Shown piece after piece: positions 60,408 to 61,153 of a stretch of 61,153 nucleotides of DNA (position 1 is its first letter; the number at the start of each line of letters is the position of its first letter). The DNA comes from Octopus bimaculoides (lineage: Eukaryota). The notes under the pieces are model-generated. The model did not search any database and had not been told where the DNA came from. It saw nothing but the letters and a program-made list of their open reading frames with translations. A program made the translations under genes and the position numbers. The stretch is from positions 32,516,169 through 32,577,321 of the forward strand of contig NC_068999.1 of the NCBI RefSeq assembly GCF_001194135.2, read 5' to 3'.

Positions 60408-61153
60408 GATCTATTCAATTTGACATAGAGATTATTTAATTAACTTTTTTTAACTAAACACTTTGAAACTTCCGATATTGTTACAATGTGTCACATAGAA
60501 CAGGGTTTACTCTTAATGTTTTTGACAAAATTTTGTATTTTAGAAGTTATTTCGTCACAATTTACAGAGTGACAATGGACAAATTTGTGTTTGATAAGTG
60601 CCAATACACGAAACTCTCAGCTTTTGACTTACTCTCTAACTTCTGCTGATCATATATATGCATATTATACATATATGTGTAAAAAAATCTCATCACGCAA
60701 TCAAACCAATGAAAGAGCCTCTATCTGGTCACTCGACACACTAAAAATAGCAGCCAATGTATCCCCTTACCCAGTATTTTATAAGGTAAAATCCTAAATT
60801 ATTGACTCATTATTAATTATCTTGTAACAGCAATGCCTGGAAAATCATGGATTACATGGAAAAATGCGAGCAGGAAAAGTAATATTCTTAAGATTATAAA
60901 CCTGGAAAAGTACAGGACAAGTTATTACACCTGGAAAAGTATCGGACAAACTATTACATTGAGTAAAGTAAAGAATAAGAAACGTTTAGAATACTACAGC
61001 TAAAATTAAAATTTGAATATTAAAACTTATTTCATTATAGTTTACAAATAACACTATACTTATTTAAGTAGAATTTGGCTAATTTACTACCTTAAATACA
61101 GAAAAAAATTGACTAATTAGACAAACTTAAAAATTAGCTGAAAAGTTTTGTAC

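Overview
AT-rich, repeat-dense animal genomic DNA from a draft assembly with six N-gaps. The SINE/RTE repertoire resembles what I recall of Octopus (cephalopod) genomes; this is an inference, not a database match. Only one host coding exon is recognisable: a 132-nt + strand exon (8542-8673) encoding most of the L27 domain of Discs large 1 (dlg1). The window is therefore most likely dlg1 intronic sequence. The rest is decayed mobile DNA: tRNA-derived SINEs of three families (one forming head-to-tail arrays joined by (AAT)n), RTE-clade LINE fragments with a PHD finger in the RT ORF, a maT (DD37D) and a mariner (DD34D) element, an internally deleted piggyBac plus related MITEs, a Helitron with both termini, a hAT remnant, and a near-full-length Penelope-like element (PLE) interrupted by a 127-bp Tc1/mariner MITE. 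The most interesting signal is five minimal type-I hammerhead-ribozyme (HHR) motifs read directly from the sequence (10140, 53619, 56303, 57343 minus strand, 59367). They include an HHR inside a 359-nt unit with 111-nt terminal redundancy (retrozyme-like), one downstream of a palindromic pair of tRNA-like Pol III heads, a fully paired A6U core variant, and one whose stem II is expanded to about 118 nt. None is shown to be active; all are structure readings by eye.
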